A stretch of DNA of 64,000 bases. Origin: Vicugna vicugna (Eukaryota). The notes under the pieces were generated by a model. It was not told the DNA's origin. It searched no databases and saw only the letters and a list, made by a program, of their open reading frames with translations. The stretch is from NCBI GenBank assembly GCA_013265495.1, contig MU058463.1, forward strand, positions 2,751,523-2,815,522, written 5' to 3'. Of the stretch, positions 25,051 to 37,508 are shown in pieces; position 1 is the stretch's first letter, and every line of letters starts with the position of its first letter. The position numbers and the translations under genes are program-made.

Positions 25051-25590
25051 AAATAATATTATTTGTTAACAATTGCTAATAATTAATAGCTGATTTTTTA
25101 ATAATCATATGAGAATATAATATAATGAGCTAAATAATGATATTTATTTAAAATAGTGAATTAATACTCTAGTCCAACATATTAAATAAAGTGAAACTGG
25201 AAAGGAAGATTACAACCAGAGAAGAGAGAGAGACCAAGAATCTAAAATGTATGTTTCTTGTTTCCTTTCCCATCAATCTCGCTCCTAATTCATTTTATCT
25301 TTATTATTTACTGTTTGGACACTTAGTTTTGATACCTTCTTCAGCCATCTGACCACAGATCTCAGATTAACCCACTGGGCCTGATCCGGCCACTTCCTCT
25401 CAGGATCTAGCTAAATTTAGCCAATGTCCTAACAAAAAGCCTGGGTGACTTTAGTGTGCCTCTGCCTTTTTATAAGGCAGCTGGGTGCATATCAATCAAT
25501 AGGGAAACCGTGGGGCCCCAAAGTGCAGTGGAGGATGCCGATAGGGTTGGGTGAGACCAGCTCAAATAATTACATTTTTTAGAAGACAGA

Positions 25591-25716
25591 TCAGAATGTG
25601 ACAATGAATATATATATGTTCATGTATAACTGAAAAATTGTGCTCTACACTGGAATTTGACACAACATTGTAAAATGACTATAACTCAATAAAAAATGTT
25701 AAAAAAAAAAAGAAGA
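25591..25716 (+). mobile_element. 126-bp L1 3' terminus (related to the 22306 L1)
   Basis: 'acactggaatttgacacaacattgtaaaatga' shared with 22311-22420 in inverse orientation. Poly(A). 10-bp TSD agaagacaga at 25581-25590 and 25717-25726, preceded by tttttt. Confidence 0.92.
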
Positions 25717-25838
25717 AGAAGACAGACCAGGTCTCTGTAATTCAGTTTCAGTCCCAGAGCTTAGCACAGGGTCTGCACTCAGTGGACACTCAACAAAAGT
25801 TAGCTGAACAAATGAATAAATGAATGAATGAATGAATT
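25717..25838 (+). mobile_element. L2 3' tail
   Basis: 'cttagcacagggtctgcactcagtggacactcaacaaaagttagctgaa' + (atga)n. Confidence 0.75.
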
Positions 25839-26489
25839 AGCTCTGAGACCCTATGGGAATAGAGGGAGTAGGAATCTGGCTTCCCCAACTTTCGCATCTT
25901 GGATGGAGTTGAAATTCCAACAAGTGGGAATTTATTGCAGAAGAATTCAACTAAAGTCTGGGGATGGTCAAAGCCAGCTGAGCAGATGGCTCACCTGGTC
26001 TGGATTTGTGCACCCACAAAAGCAGCTGCTCAAGCACCCAGAAGGCCTGGCTGAACAAGGGGGAGGAATGTGTGGCCTCCCTTTACCTCACAGCCTCCCC
26101 TCCCCAGACCCTGCAGGTGCCGTGCTGGTAGGGCCACTGCCCATGCCTCTGGGTGACCAGGGGCTATTCAGCTCTTCAGCTTCTGTTCACCACAGTTTTC
26201 ACGCTTCAAACCTCTTCATCCTGCATCAGGAGGACCGCGTCTCTATGCTATTTCAATGTCTATTCTCCATAATGAACTATTTTTAAAGCCCCAAATTCCA
26301 ATACATCATAGTATGCAGTTTTTATTTCAATTCTTGACTTTTTATAATTCTAACTTAATTCTCATAATTTTATATTTTAGAGATTCACTCTGAATAGTAT
26401 TCTTATTTGCTAAGGCTTTTTTCTTTTTTTAGGGGGGGTGGTTGTCATTTATTGTTTTGTTCTTTGGTCTATAATGTTTTTGGTGCAGA

Positions 26490-26660
26490 TACGTGCCAGG
26501 TGCTGTAAGAACTTATGTTCTAAATTATATTAGTTCATATTTCAACCTCCGTATGGTAGATATTATTGCCCCCTTTCTATAGGTGAGAAAAATTGACCAG
26601 AAAAATTAAGTAATTTGTCCAAGGACATACAACAAGCAAAATCAGGAATTTTAGTCCACT
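26490..26660 (-). mobile_element. MIR SINE
   Basis: 'gtgccaggtgctgt...ggtagatattattgccccc...aagtaatttgtccaaggacatacaac'. Confidence 0.7.
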
Positions 26661-28776
26661 TTCTGCTAAAATACACAGGCAGGTTCCTTTTAAATATCTG
26701 ACATCATTGCAAATTAGAAATAGACTTGGGAGAAAAAAAATCAATCCTTCATATGAGATAACTCCTCACACACAGAGATACATTTTAAAAAAAGAAACAA
26801 AAGTGTTCTCTTTGGTTTTATAGTTCTTCTTCCAAGCAGGAACTGAGGGCTCATAAGAGACAAAGAAAGGACTATTTGAAAGCCCTGAGCCAAGGCTGCT
26901 TAAACCAGGAATCTTGTGCCAGAGTTTGAGTCTTCAGCTCACTCAGCAGTGACAGCTGTTATTTGAACACAGTTGCTCTGTGGGTCCTAGGATCCTTCTT
27001 TTCCTGAGAGCTCTATGTCTCTCCTCATTCGTGTTGGTTCATTTCCCCCCATTTGCAGCAGAGACAGAGAGAACTGGCTCTCAGAGAAATGGGAGAACTT
27101 CAGCGCGGAGCCCGCAGGTTCTGACAAGAGAACGGGCCAGCTGTGTCCCAGGTTTTCTGGAGCTCTTGGGAGCCAGCGACCTGCAGTCAGGCATTCGTCT
27201 GTATGTCCCTTAAATTACAGTTATCAAGGACTATCGTGAATTATGCGACAATCTACAGAAAACCAAACATCCAGCCTCCGTCTCCCTTTTCCCCAATTTT
27301 TAAAATATTCTTTATTTAATAAAGTCATGTAATCAATAGTCTGTGAACCATGACAACCAATCCGCATTTAGTGTACTATGTCTTCAGCTCTTAATTATTT
27401 ACAGCAGAAATGATCTCCATCTAATGACCACTTAGAGCCAAAACTAGACTGAGAGTTTCTCAACTGTAACCATCACTAACCAAAAACCTAAGTATTGGTC
27501 AATCTTCCTAGTGGCTTGCTAATTAGAAATTGTATCACTGAAGCCATTTTTTACACAGGACACAAATCTGGCCCCTCCAAACAGACCGATAAAAAACAGA
27601 TGGATTTTTATCTATTCATTCAAAGTGGGAGGGAGGGGCCAAGTGATTTGTGTGTTTTGTGCATCTCTACTGGAGGACAATAAACTGATGGAGAGGGGGT
27701 TTTTTTTCAGGAAAAGAAAGGCAGGCCCCAAACTAATTCAGCAACTGTCCCTTTGGATGCCAGCTGACCTCGATGGAGATTTAGTGCTAGATTTAAAAGG
27801 CTTTGTTTACAGACAATTAAAAACCACATAAATTTCAATTGTCAAAGAAGAAATGGTTTCCAAAGCCTCTGACAGCCCCATAGCCCCTCCCCAGCCCTGT
27901 GCAGGAAAGACCCAGAGGCGAATACAAAGCCACTAACCCAAATGCCTGTGGAGTTTGCCAGGGAGCCAGGTCCTGCTGTTCATGCTGCTTGCTAACTGCT
28001 ATTGAAAAACACAGTCTTATACAGCTTCAAATGTAGGTTCTTTGAGTGCTAATCAAACAGCGAGGAGGCACCCGACCACCAGGGAGGAGGTGTCTGCACC
28101 GAAGTACTCCACCAAGTATGGAATTACTGCAATTAGGCCTTTAGGCAGTCAATATGCATGAACCTTTTGTGTGCACCCCGTTTTTCCCACCAAAGAAATT
28201 AGATTTCAAGATTTAAAAGTGATAGCAACACAAATGATTGGAGAATTTATAGCCTGAAAGTTTTCAAATTTTTCTCATATCTTTGTGTGGTACTTCTTCC
28301 CATCCAATACAGAGCAAATGGACAGAAGCTTCAGAAAAGAACAGCTTCATAGAAAAAAAAAAAAATCCCAACCCTCTTGCATGTTTGCATCAATATGTTT
28401 GGTGCTGATGTTGATGAATAAGTAATGATGTGTAGGTGTTGATAACATTTATACCCATCTCTGATTGGTTCTGACACAGGTGCTCCATGGAGGATGAGGT
28501 TTACAAGCCGAACACGGTCAGGAGAAAGCCATGGTTTCGGGCTGTCCCTCACAGATGTGGGGTTTTGCACCTGTGTTTGAAGTTGCTCTTTCATTTTGTT
28601 TCTCTGCAGAAAAGCCAGGCATGATGTTCAAACTGGGAGCACCTGTGTTTGGGGCCAACTTGGACTCTTTTGTGGCCTGAATGTGGTCTCTTAGATTTGT
28701 TACTTAACTTAACAAGAAAACTTTTTTTTTTCCCCTTGGAGTTTTAAAACTTGGGATTAAAATTGTGAATACCCAT

Positions 28777-28842
28777 AGGACCAAGCAGACACAAATTGTT
28801 GTACAGTACAGGACTAAGCAGATGCAAATTGTTGTACAGTAC
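28777..28842 (+). repeat. 33-bp tandem duplication (2 copies)
   Basis: aggaccaagcagacacaaattgttgtacagtac / aggactaagcagatgcaaattgttgtacagtac, 3 mismatches. Confidence 0.9.
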
Positions 28843-30762
28843 AGCCTGCTTACATTATTCAAGGACTTGGGTGATAAAAGACAGATGTTATTAAAAATTG
28901 GATGAAGGTTGAAACCCTGTTCATTGATAGAAATCTTTGTTTAAATCACAAGGCAATTTTTTTTTATGTTAGCGATGCGATGTTAAGGCACCAGATCAAC
29001 TGCTAATTTAATATAATCTTATTGTATTTAAAGCTAAAGGTAGAAATTGAACAGCATCTCCAGCTAAATTAAAATTTGGAAGATTTTTTTCTCTAATAAA
29101 CTGACAACAATATTGATAGATACTTCACTCTCTGCTTAATTGGGTTAAGAACATTAAAAATTCTCCAGTTTAAAATAATAAGTCTTTTGCGACCGTAACT
29201 AATCTTTCATTCCCTAAGGTTTGGGCAGTGACAACTGGAGGCAAATCAAGAAGAATTTATCACTTAGAATCATGGCCACAAGTCTCATTAAAAACAGTGC
29301 AGGGAGAACAATTAAATGGCATGTTCAGATTCTTTGGACTTGGCATTGGTAAATCTAAAAGCTAAGCTTTTGTAAATCTATGGGTTGTTTAATTTTTTCA
29401 GTCAAATTTGTAACATATAAATTATATTTTTAAATGAGCTGCTTTAATTTTCATTAAAGAACAAACACAAGGGCTAATGATACATTTAGCCATTAAATAA
29501 ATAAAATATAACTGACCAAAATTCTATCGATAAATTACGCTGGCAACAGCATTGTGAAGAAACAGATTCATTATTTAGAGTTAAGACTTAAGAGCAGAAG
29601 GTGTCAATCGAGTAATAATGTATTAAACAAATACTGTTGAATTAGTATAATAAAGAGGTGATTCACAGATAAAAACGCGGTATTAGCAACGATTTCTAAC
29701 AAATAATAACTCACCGCAAAAAAAATCCCGAATTAACACTTGTTTTCTTTTTTATCAATTAGCTCAGCCTTTGATTTGAATTCTCCACCCTCTGGCGTCA
29801 AGGAGATGCCTTTTCTTTTCTTTAAACAAAGGATTATTCTTCCTCAAAAGGGGTTTGTCTAGTTCTTTTATTGTTTTATGTCACACCAGGGAAAAATGCT
29901 TTTGAGGCATCACTACTGAATTTAGCAGGGATGAGAGTTTACTGCTATATAATCATTAGTCAATGCAGGAGCTGAAATCTTAAACAAAAGAAAACAAACT
30001 ACAAACAGGCAAGCATCCCCTAAAGGCACATCAGAACACCAGAGAGGGGCGGCGAGGATTTCAAACAAGGTTGCCCAAGCATGTGCTAAATATTGCTGCT
30101 CTTGACTTTAAACTGCACACCAAGGAATACAGTTTCACCTTCCAGTCTGAAACAATACTGAGAAGCAGGGGGAAAAGGATATAAAGGGTTTAACGGATGC
30201 ACTTTACTCTGACTCTGTGGCAACTTTGTGAAAATTATATTTCAAACCTAATAAAAATCTCTCCGTATAAAGGATCTGATCCTAAAGCTATTAGAAAGCG
30301 ATGCTTAAACTGCCAGTGTCTTTCCAGCTCAGCCAGCCTTTGATATTTCACACCAACCACCACCGTATACAGTTACAGGTCTGTAACGTAGCTGTAAGCT
30401 GCTAGAAAATCTTGGGAAGGCACTGAACCAAGGCTTCTTGCCTTCAAACAGACTGATCATTTTCATATCAGGTTCTTAATGATGAGGGTAAGTATTAAAA
30501 CGTGGCTATTGTAAGTTCTGAAAGCAGGCTCATGAGAAAACACTGTTTTGGGAAAACACACACAAAAAATGTAAGAGCAAGAGACAGTACAAAGAAGTGG
30601 GAATGCCATTTTTCAAGCAAGCAAAATGCATATGAACTACATCTCACAGATAAGGGTCCACGCGTTGGGGAAAACAAATGCGCACGCTACAACAAAAGTA
30701 CCTTTTAAAACAAATGTTTCCATCTAAAACATTTCTTTAAATTATTGATTCTACACTTTGGG

Positions 30763-30780
30763 GTGTGTGTGTGTGTGTGT
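30763..30780 (+). repeat. (GT)n microsatellite
   Basis: Seen directly. Confidence 0.9.
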
Positions 30781-33700
30781 TTTCTTTTTAATTACTGCAG
30801 TCATTTTATAGTTTCGTTGTTATTCAAACTTGCTGATTAATATAGAGCTAAAGTTAATTTCATAATTAAAAGCCAAACTTCATTGGTTTCTAGTTAGCTT
30901 TTAACAGGCTCTGTCAGGGCAATAATAATAACAATAATAGGTATTTTTGCTATATTTTCCCAAGTTTTATACGTACCTTCTAACTCTGCCCCATGCTGAA
31001 AAAATTATTACTTTTTAAAAATAATTATAAATAACTACAGGTCAATCAGGTGTCTTGTAACTAATACAACAATACGTATATAATATTCTAGATTACATTG
31101 ATTTTCTTGGTTTTTGGTGTTTCATGACAGTAACTCAATTGGCCAGAGAACAGAAGGAATTTAATGTCATTTAACTTCACTCTCAAAAATACTCAGTCTA
31201 GAATTCTTGACAGGATAAAATATCACTGAATATAGCACTGATTATTGTGAAAACCAATAGGCTTGGTTTCCACCAAGATACATCTTGTCTGGACTTGAGA
31301 TTTTCTTCCTATTTTCATGTATATAAAAAAAAATATATTGTGTATCCTGAAACAGACAAAAGCCGTATTTCCTCATGTCAAGTTTCCTTTCCTTTGGCTA
31401 GAAACATTGCATGAAGTTGTCTGACTGGGAGCTCAATTAAACAAATTTAGATGTGGAAAGATAATTTTACTTAATTTATATTTTTGTTCCCCCTCCCAAT
31501 TAATCAATTAATCTCATTAGTTTATAAAGGCACTGCCCATTTCAGATTTATCAAGGCTTGGATAGCCCCCACCAGGCAGCTATTCCTTGAAAAGAAGGGC
31601 TCAGATTCTCATATGGTTCCCAAAATAAGCCTCCTCTTTCCCTGCCCCTGACCCCTTGCTCTGCTCAATAAAAGTTTATTAAATGAATGAATGAATCAAT
31701 CAATGGATTAACAAGTGTCTTGCCCAAGAAGGGATGAAAATCAAGAAACACAAATAAAATAATTGAAACCTCCAAAGACTCTTAAGTTAGATCGAGGGAG
31801 AATTTGTTAAAAAGTCTATAGTTCTTATTTTTCTGAAATAAATAATACACAGAGAGTTTCATATTTTAGAAAGCGTTCTGATATACAATGATCTAGCAAA
31901 ATTTATTTTGAATAGAATCTCATAGTATTTCATAAGTCGATATGTCAGCTGAAAATGGCAATGATTACAGCAAACTAGAAAATGAAAATAATGATCAGAA
32001 TCATGGCTTGCCAGATCTGTTCTGTTTTCCTTGGAGACCTGGGTGTGACGTTGTGTCCAGGCATGCACAAAAGGTTGGCTGAGAAGTGATCAATTATCAG
32101 CTAGTACTCATCTGCACCAGATAAGTATTTCAATACCTTCTTGTCCCAAATTATCCTTTCAACCCACAGCAAGAATTTTCGCCTGAATGATCTGGATTGC
32201 CAAAACTCTATTTTACCTGTATATACCATGGTGATAAAAATACTTTGTGTCCCCATAGAAAAGTTTCCATCTATATGGTTCTATCCAGACAAAAGTTACT
32301 CTTCATCACCAAATTCAAATAGAACTTTTACAAATAAAATTAGAAATCAACTTTTTGGTCAAAAGTACTTTCCTTGTATATGCCAAATGTCTTAGTTTTC
32401 AAAGTGTCCTTAAAAGATCATAAAAGTATTATTATAATGCTTGCAAATCTGGCTCTTTTTTTATAAGTTAATGATGTGGGATGAGAGATATTTCATCTTT
32501 TATACAGTTATTTGACAGTGATGAATTTAATTCATTCTATCACATTGAATGATACATTTATATTCAGTACGTAGTTTAAAATTTCATAAATGATTAAAGT
32601 CCCTGTCGTTTTAATTATAATATGCAGAGAGCAGGCAGAACTTATTTGCAAAGAATAATGTACAAGTCAATAAATTTGGTGAGTACTCCTGACAACATAT
32701 AAATAATGACTTCAGAAGTATAACTACCTGTATTTGAAAACTAAATAACAAAGATCCGTGTCTGGCTTTTTATAAACTAGCTGATCTCGCTTTCTACAGA
32801 GGCTCTTTGGGGTTATAATGTGCTGTATTAAATTGAAAACACAATAATGCAATGACATTACATTAGTAGTGAACCAATTTCAACCTAGAATCCAGCTTGA
32901 AATAAATCAACACTGGTCATGTTCCTGCCAGTGGACCTTAGTCACTAAGAAGGGCTTTGGGCATCCAGAACTTCTCTAGGGTTCTTTAAACCAGGAATTA
33001 TCACCAAGAGAGTCCAGTCTCCTCACCCAACTGGATGGTCCAACATTAGGATCACACTGCCCCCCTCACCATGACCCACCCGACTGTACACTGTTGCTTA
33101 TAGTTGGAGTCATTTCCATAAAGAAAAGAGCCCACTTCAATCTGTTTATTCATTCATTTAACAAATATTCTCTTGCCAGAGACCACCCTGCCATCGGAAG
33201 TTACCAATGAACAAGACAGGCCAGGTCTGGTCAGAACCAGGTTAGACTATATGGAGTAAAGAAAGAAAGAAATCGATGATCAGAATATTATGGGTGTGGT
33301 GGGGTTACGTAGAATTATACGGTAAGACCCAGTCCCTCTTGGATCTTATACTGCATCTATCTTCATGCATTCCTCTCTATCTCTACACCAGCACAAGAAG
33401 TTAAAACTATGCCGACAAAGCAGACAGCCGTTGCGTCAAAACTTCTTTAGTTTCAGGAATAACTGAGATAATCTAATTCCTTCATGCCGCCTAGTGATTC
33501 AAATGAGCAGAATGCCACCCCTTCCCTGAGCAGTGTCTGAAACTGACATAATAGCACGTCATGACAGGCACAGTCATCACCCAAAGCCTGCGCTAAGAAG
33601 AGAAGACAGAAGAGAAGCTGAAAGGCTAACATCAAACCACCTTCATCTCGTCTCAAACATCTGTGGCTGTCTGTATTTGATGACTCCACACCAGGCAACA

Positions 33701-36700
33701 GGTTTAGGATCATGGTCGCTCACTTTATGGCAAGTTTTGTCTGCACCATAACTGCAGGTTTGCATCAATAGCTTTATGGTAGCTGGTCCTTTGGATATTT
33801 GTGTTTCTCAGAAGGGAAAAAAAAGAAGGAAGGAAAGGGGAAGGAGGAATAGGAAGAAAGGAAAAATAGAGGAAGGAAGAAAAGAAAGGAAGGAAACCAT
33901 TTACTAGTATGGACTCCAAGCTTCCAACATGTGAATTTTGCACACTCAGAGGAACTGTTAACATACCAGAGGGCACAGGGACGCAAAAAGAGAGGCAAGT
34001 CTTTTCTGTGGTGTTCTAAGTAAGAGAGCCGATACCCACTTTGACCAGCTTACCGTTTCTTCATCTCGTGCCCTGCAATGCCTCACTCCAACCCTCCCAC
34101 TGTCGACACCGCCACTGGAGTACAGAAGAAATCCTTGTGCCTGCCTTAGAACTGAAATACAAAAGTGACACTCGTAGCCTATGATCAAAATAGATGCGTT
34201 AACCACCAGCCCTAAGCTGGGTATGTGGTAGAAACAATGACAGACCTTTAACTGAAATGGTGCTGCGGGTGACAGCCTAACAAAATGCCACCTAGAATCT
34301 CTTAGGGTTAATAAGCCACCTGTCTTGAAAGTAGCAGTCATATTGGTCTTTGAAGCCTAGCCCAATACTTAAACTCTTGATGAAGTTCTTACTGTGCCAA
34401 AGGAACTTACTAACAAAGCCACTGAGTCAATTTAACCTAGGGAAACTGGACCCAGTAGACTAGGCTATCAGAGTTTTGTGTTGAGATAATTACTGCACTA
34501 AAGAGAGCATATGGGCTGTCAGAGCTGGCACGTGGCCTGCACCAGCTGTTACCTGGGCGCTTTGGAAAACCTACTGAACAGCGTTTTGGACACAGCACAG
34601 CTCTGTGTAAGTTTTCCAAGGCTTCTACTGGGAGTTCTTCATAATAAATTTATTTCCTGTATAAGGGAGGATTGCACCCAGTAACATAACTGGAGCAAGC
34701 ATGTTCAATTTTCCTGGCAGATAGGATATCACTGGCTAAAAGGGGAAAACAATTGAGGGCGTAAACAGGCACAAAGCCTGCAAAGCCAGGAATAAGCAAA
34801 ACATTAATAAGAGGAGGTCCCCCGTCTTAAAAATTAAAAGGGTAACTTGAACACATTGAGACCTTCCTGAAAAAAAATGAAACTGATATAGAAAAGATAC
34901 AAGATATTGCGTTTAAAATATCTATCACCGTGTCTAGCACACAATAAATGATTGCTGCTATTTGTATCATTATATTATTAGTCGTTACCGAGTAGATGTA
35001 TTCAGGATCCCTGCACTGCCATAAAGAAGACCCTTCATTCAGCCTTACTGCTAGAACTATTTTACCTGAGGAAAACGTGTTTCCAAGAAGAACTATCAAG
35101 GTGTCAACCAATGAATGCCTTCCAAAGACAACAACTTTCATTTGTCACTAGCACATCTTCTTCTAAACCACCCCAAAACTTGACAACAAGAGCATCGGTG
35201 ACTGACACTATTGAAAAATGCAGCCACCTCTAAAAGTGTCGTACAGCCTCAGACCCCACGTGATGGAAAATCTGAAGACAGACCCAAGAAAAACAAAGGG
35301 GTAAAATAAACTTTTCCGCACTAGAGTTGTCATACCAAAAGATGACCTTCCATAAATATAACCACAAAATATGACATTAATCACCGAGCTTTAATTCCAG
35401 TAATAATGTTATCACACTTGTAACTTACATTAAACTTGCTTATTCAAAAATCTTTTTTTTTCCTTCAAGAATGTCGGGAAGACTAACTATGGGCGACAGC
35501 AGACTCACATTACAGAAAAGTCACAGAAACGTTCATTTAACGTTAGTATCCAAGCAGACGGTAAGCCTGGATTTTTATTTTTCAATTCCAACTTCGTCAT
35601 CTCTTTGAAACCATAAATAGAATGAACGTGACAGTCACAGCTTCCCTCTCCCTGCTTGAGAAGGAAAGTCAGCTTCACTTCAGGGAACTAATTTAAAGCC
35701 AAGTTTACTTATAAAACAGGTCTATTCTTTTTAACCAGACACTACCTCTAGTCTCCATTAAGTGAATTCAGTTTGAGAAAATACACAACAGTTTAAGACA
35801 AGCTATGAAGGCATCACGTCCAGCCTCGTGTGTCATGTTTCCAGAGGGAGAGCAGATTTGGGTTCTCAGACAAAGAAAGGCATGTTTCAGTGGAATGGGT
35901 GCATGTCCAACTTGGAAAAACCCAGTTATCCGATTTAAATTTTTAAAAGGTATGCCTTCAAAACACTCAGGACGTTTAGAAAATCACCCGCATTACAGCA
36001 CAGTAAGTGCATCGCCGCCTTATATTTTGCAAGCTTTAGCAAATAAAAAAATCCCCCAGAAGAATCTTAATTCTTATCTATGGAAAACATTAAACTGCTA
36101 AGCGCTAACAACTGGAATTAGTCCTTAAATCTCTAATGAGAATAATAAAACATGAGTGCAGTTTGTGCTGTAACTTGATAAGGCCTGAATTTACTTGCTG
36201 TTAGGAAAAGTCACTGATCCAGCAGCTTGGCGTTCTACTCCCTGAGGGCCGGGAAACAGTATCTATCCTCTCGGAACCTCCTCTGTGGTAAGCACTTCTT
36301 ATCTGTGCTATCAGAGGCCAGAGATAGCCCGGGAAGAGCTCATAACAGCAGCTTTATGAGATGATCCATTACCGATTTCAATCCGTCTCCAGCAGGTAGT
36401 TCTCCTTAACCCATTCAGAGCAGACGTGACCCACCCCCGCCACAGAGGACCCCCAGACTCTTCCTCAGATGCAGAAACTCCCCAGGAAGACATTACCGGC
36501 AAAACACCACGTTTGGTCCTCTCAACCAAGCATCCTGATAAAATCTCGCCTGCAGAATTGAGGCTCCTGACCAAAACTTGAAATCCAGTTTGAGTTATAA
36601 TGATCAACTCTGTGTCTGCTCTGTAGACATACAAAAAGGAGTGTAATGAGCCTATTAGCAATTTGCTGTGACCCAACAACTTGCTGTGAGAAACGTGAAG

Positions 36701-36999
36701 ATGAAACAGTTTCCTCTTTCCACACTTGGGAAATTTTGTTAAAGACATATTTGCTGGGAAACAAGCCTCACTCTTTGTAGGCACAGATCAGCATAAGTGC
36801 GAGGAATGTTTAAGAGCAAATTAAGCCCTGTATTTCAGGAATTATGTTAGTGGGGACGTCAGATGGGCATACAATACTGGAGTTTGAGATGTTCTAAATG
36901 AAAAGTGTTCTTGACTATCTTAACAATAAAGACAGATTTCAATCTTACTTTTATGGTCAAATGAATATTTTTTTTCACACACTCATAGTTGTAAAATAA

Positions 37000-37160
37000 T
37001 AGATTTTAGAGTGTGAAGGGGCCTAAAATATTGTCAATTTACCCCACTCCTTTTACAGGGAGAAAATGGAAGCTTTAAGAGACTCAATAACTTATCCAAG
37101 GTCACAACTAGATATTGACAGAATTGAAATCTACCAACACCTGCTAATGCTTTTTCTAGT
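37000..37160 (-). mobile_element. MIR/MIR3 fragment
   Basis: 'ttttacagggagaaaatggaagc...taacttatccaaggtcacaacta'. Confidence 0.6.
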
Positions 37161-37467
37161 GCACTTGCTGCTTTTAAACAGAAGTCTTTGTGAATATATA
37201 TAACTCCACATACATATGAGATTTTAGCACTTTCTGGGTTTCAGAACTAATTCAAGCTATGAACAAAAACAGTAGTCATGTATTAAATATTTAAGATTAG
37301 TTATGTTGACTTTTGCTTGATGGTTTATTTCCATATCAATTAGATTTGAATACATTCACCTTTTCACTCAGCATCAGAAGTGTAAAGTGTCAATGTCAGA
37401 TACATACAGAAAAACAAAATCTGGTACCAACTACACCCAGTTTTGGACAGCATCCCTAACCCCCCCC

Positions 37468-37468
<1 letters not shown>

Positions 37469-37505
<37 letters not shown>
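37469..37505 (+). repeat. (CA)n microsatellite
   Basis: About 18 perfect AC units. Confidence 0.95.

Positions 37506-37508
<3 letters not shown>

Noticed and set aside
25828..26286. 152-aa plus-strand ORF
   Set aside because: The ATG comes from an L2 (atga)n tail, and the peptide has no recognisable homology.
28777..28842. CRISPR-like repeat
   Set aside because: Two adjacent copies with no spacer, in eukaryotic DNA with no cas genes.
36311..36784. 157-aa minus-strand ORF
   Set aside because: Non-ATG start, no recognisable domain, no clear exon boundaries. Consistent with chance.
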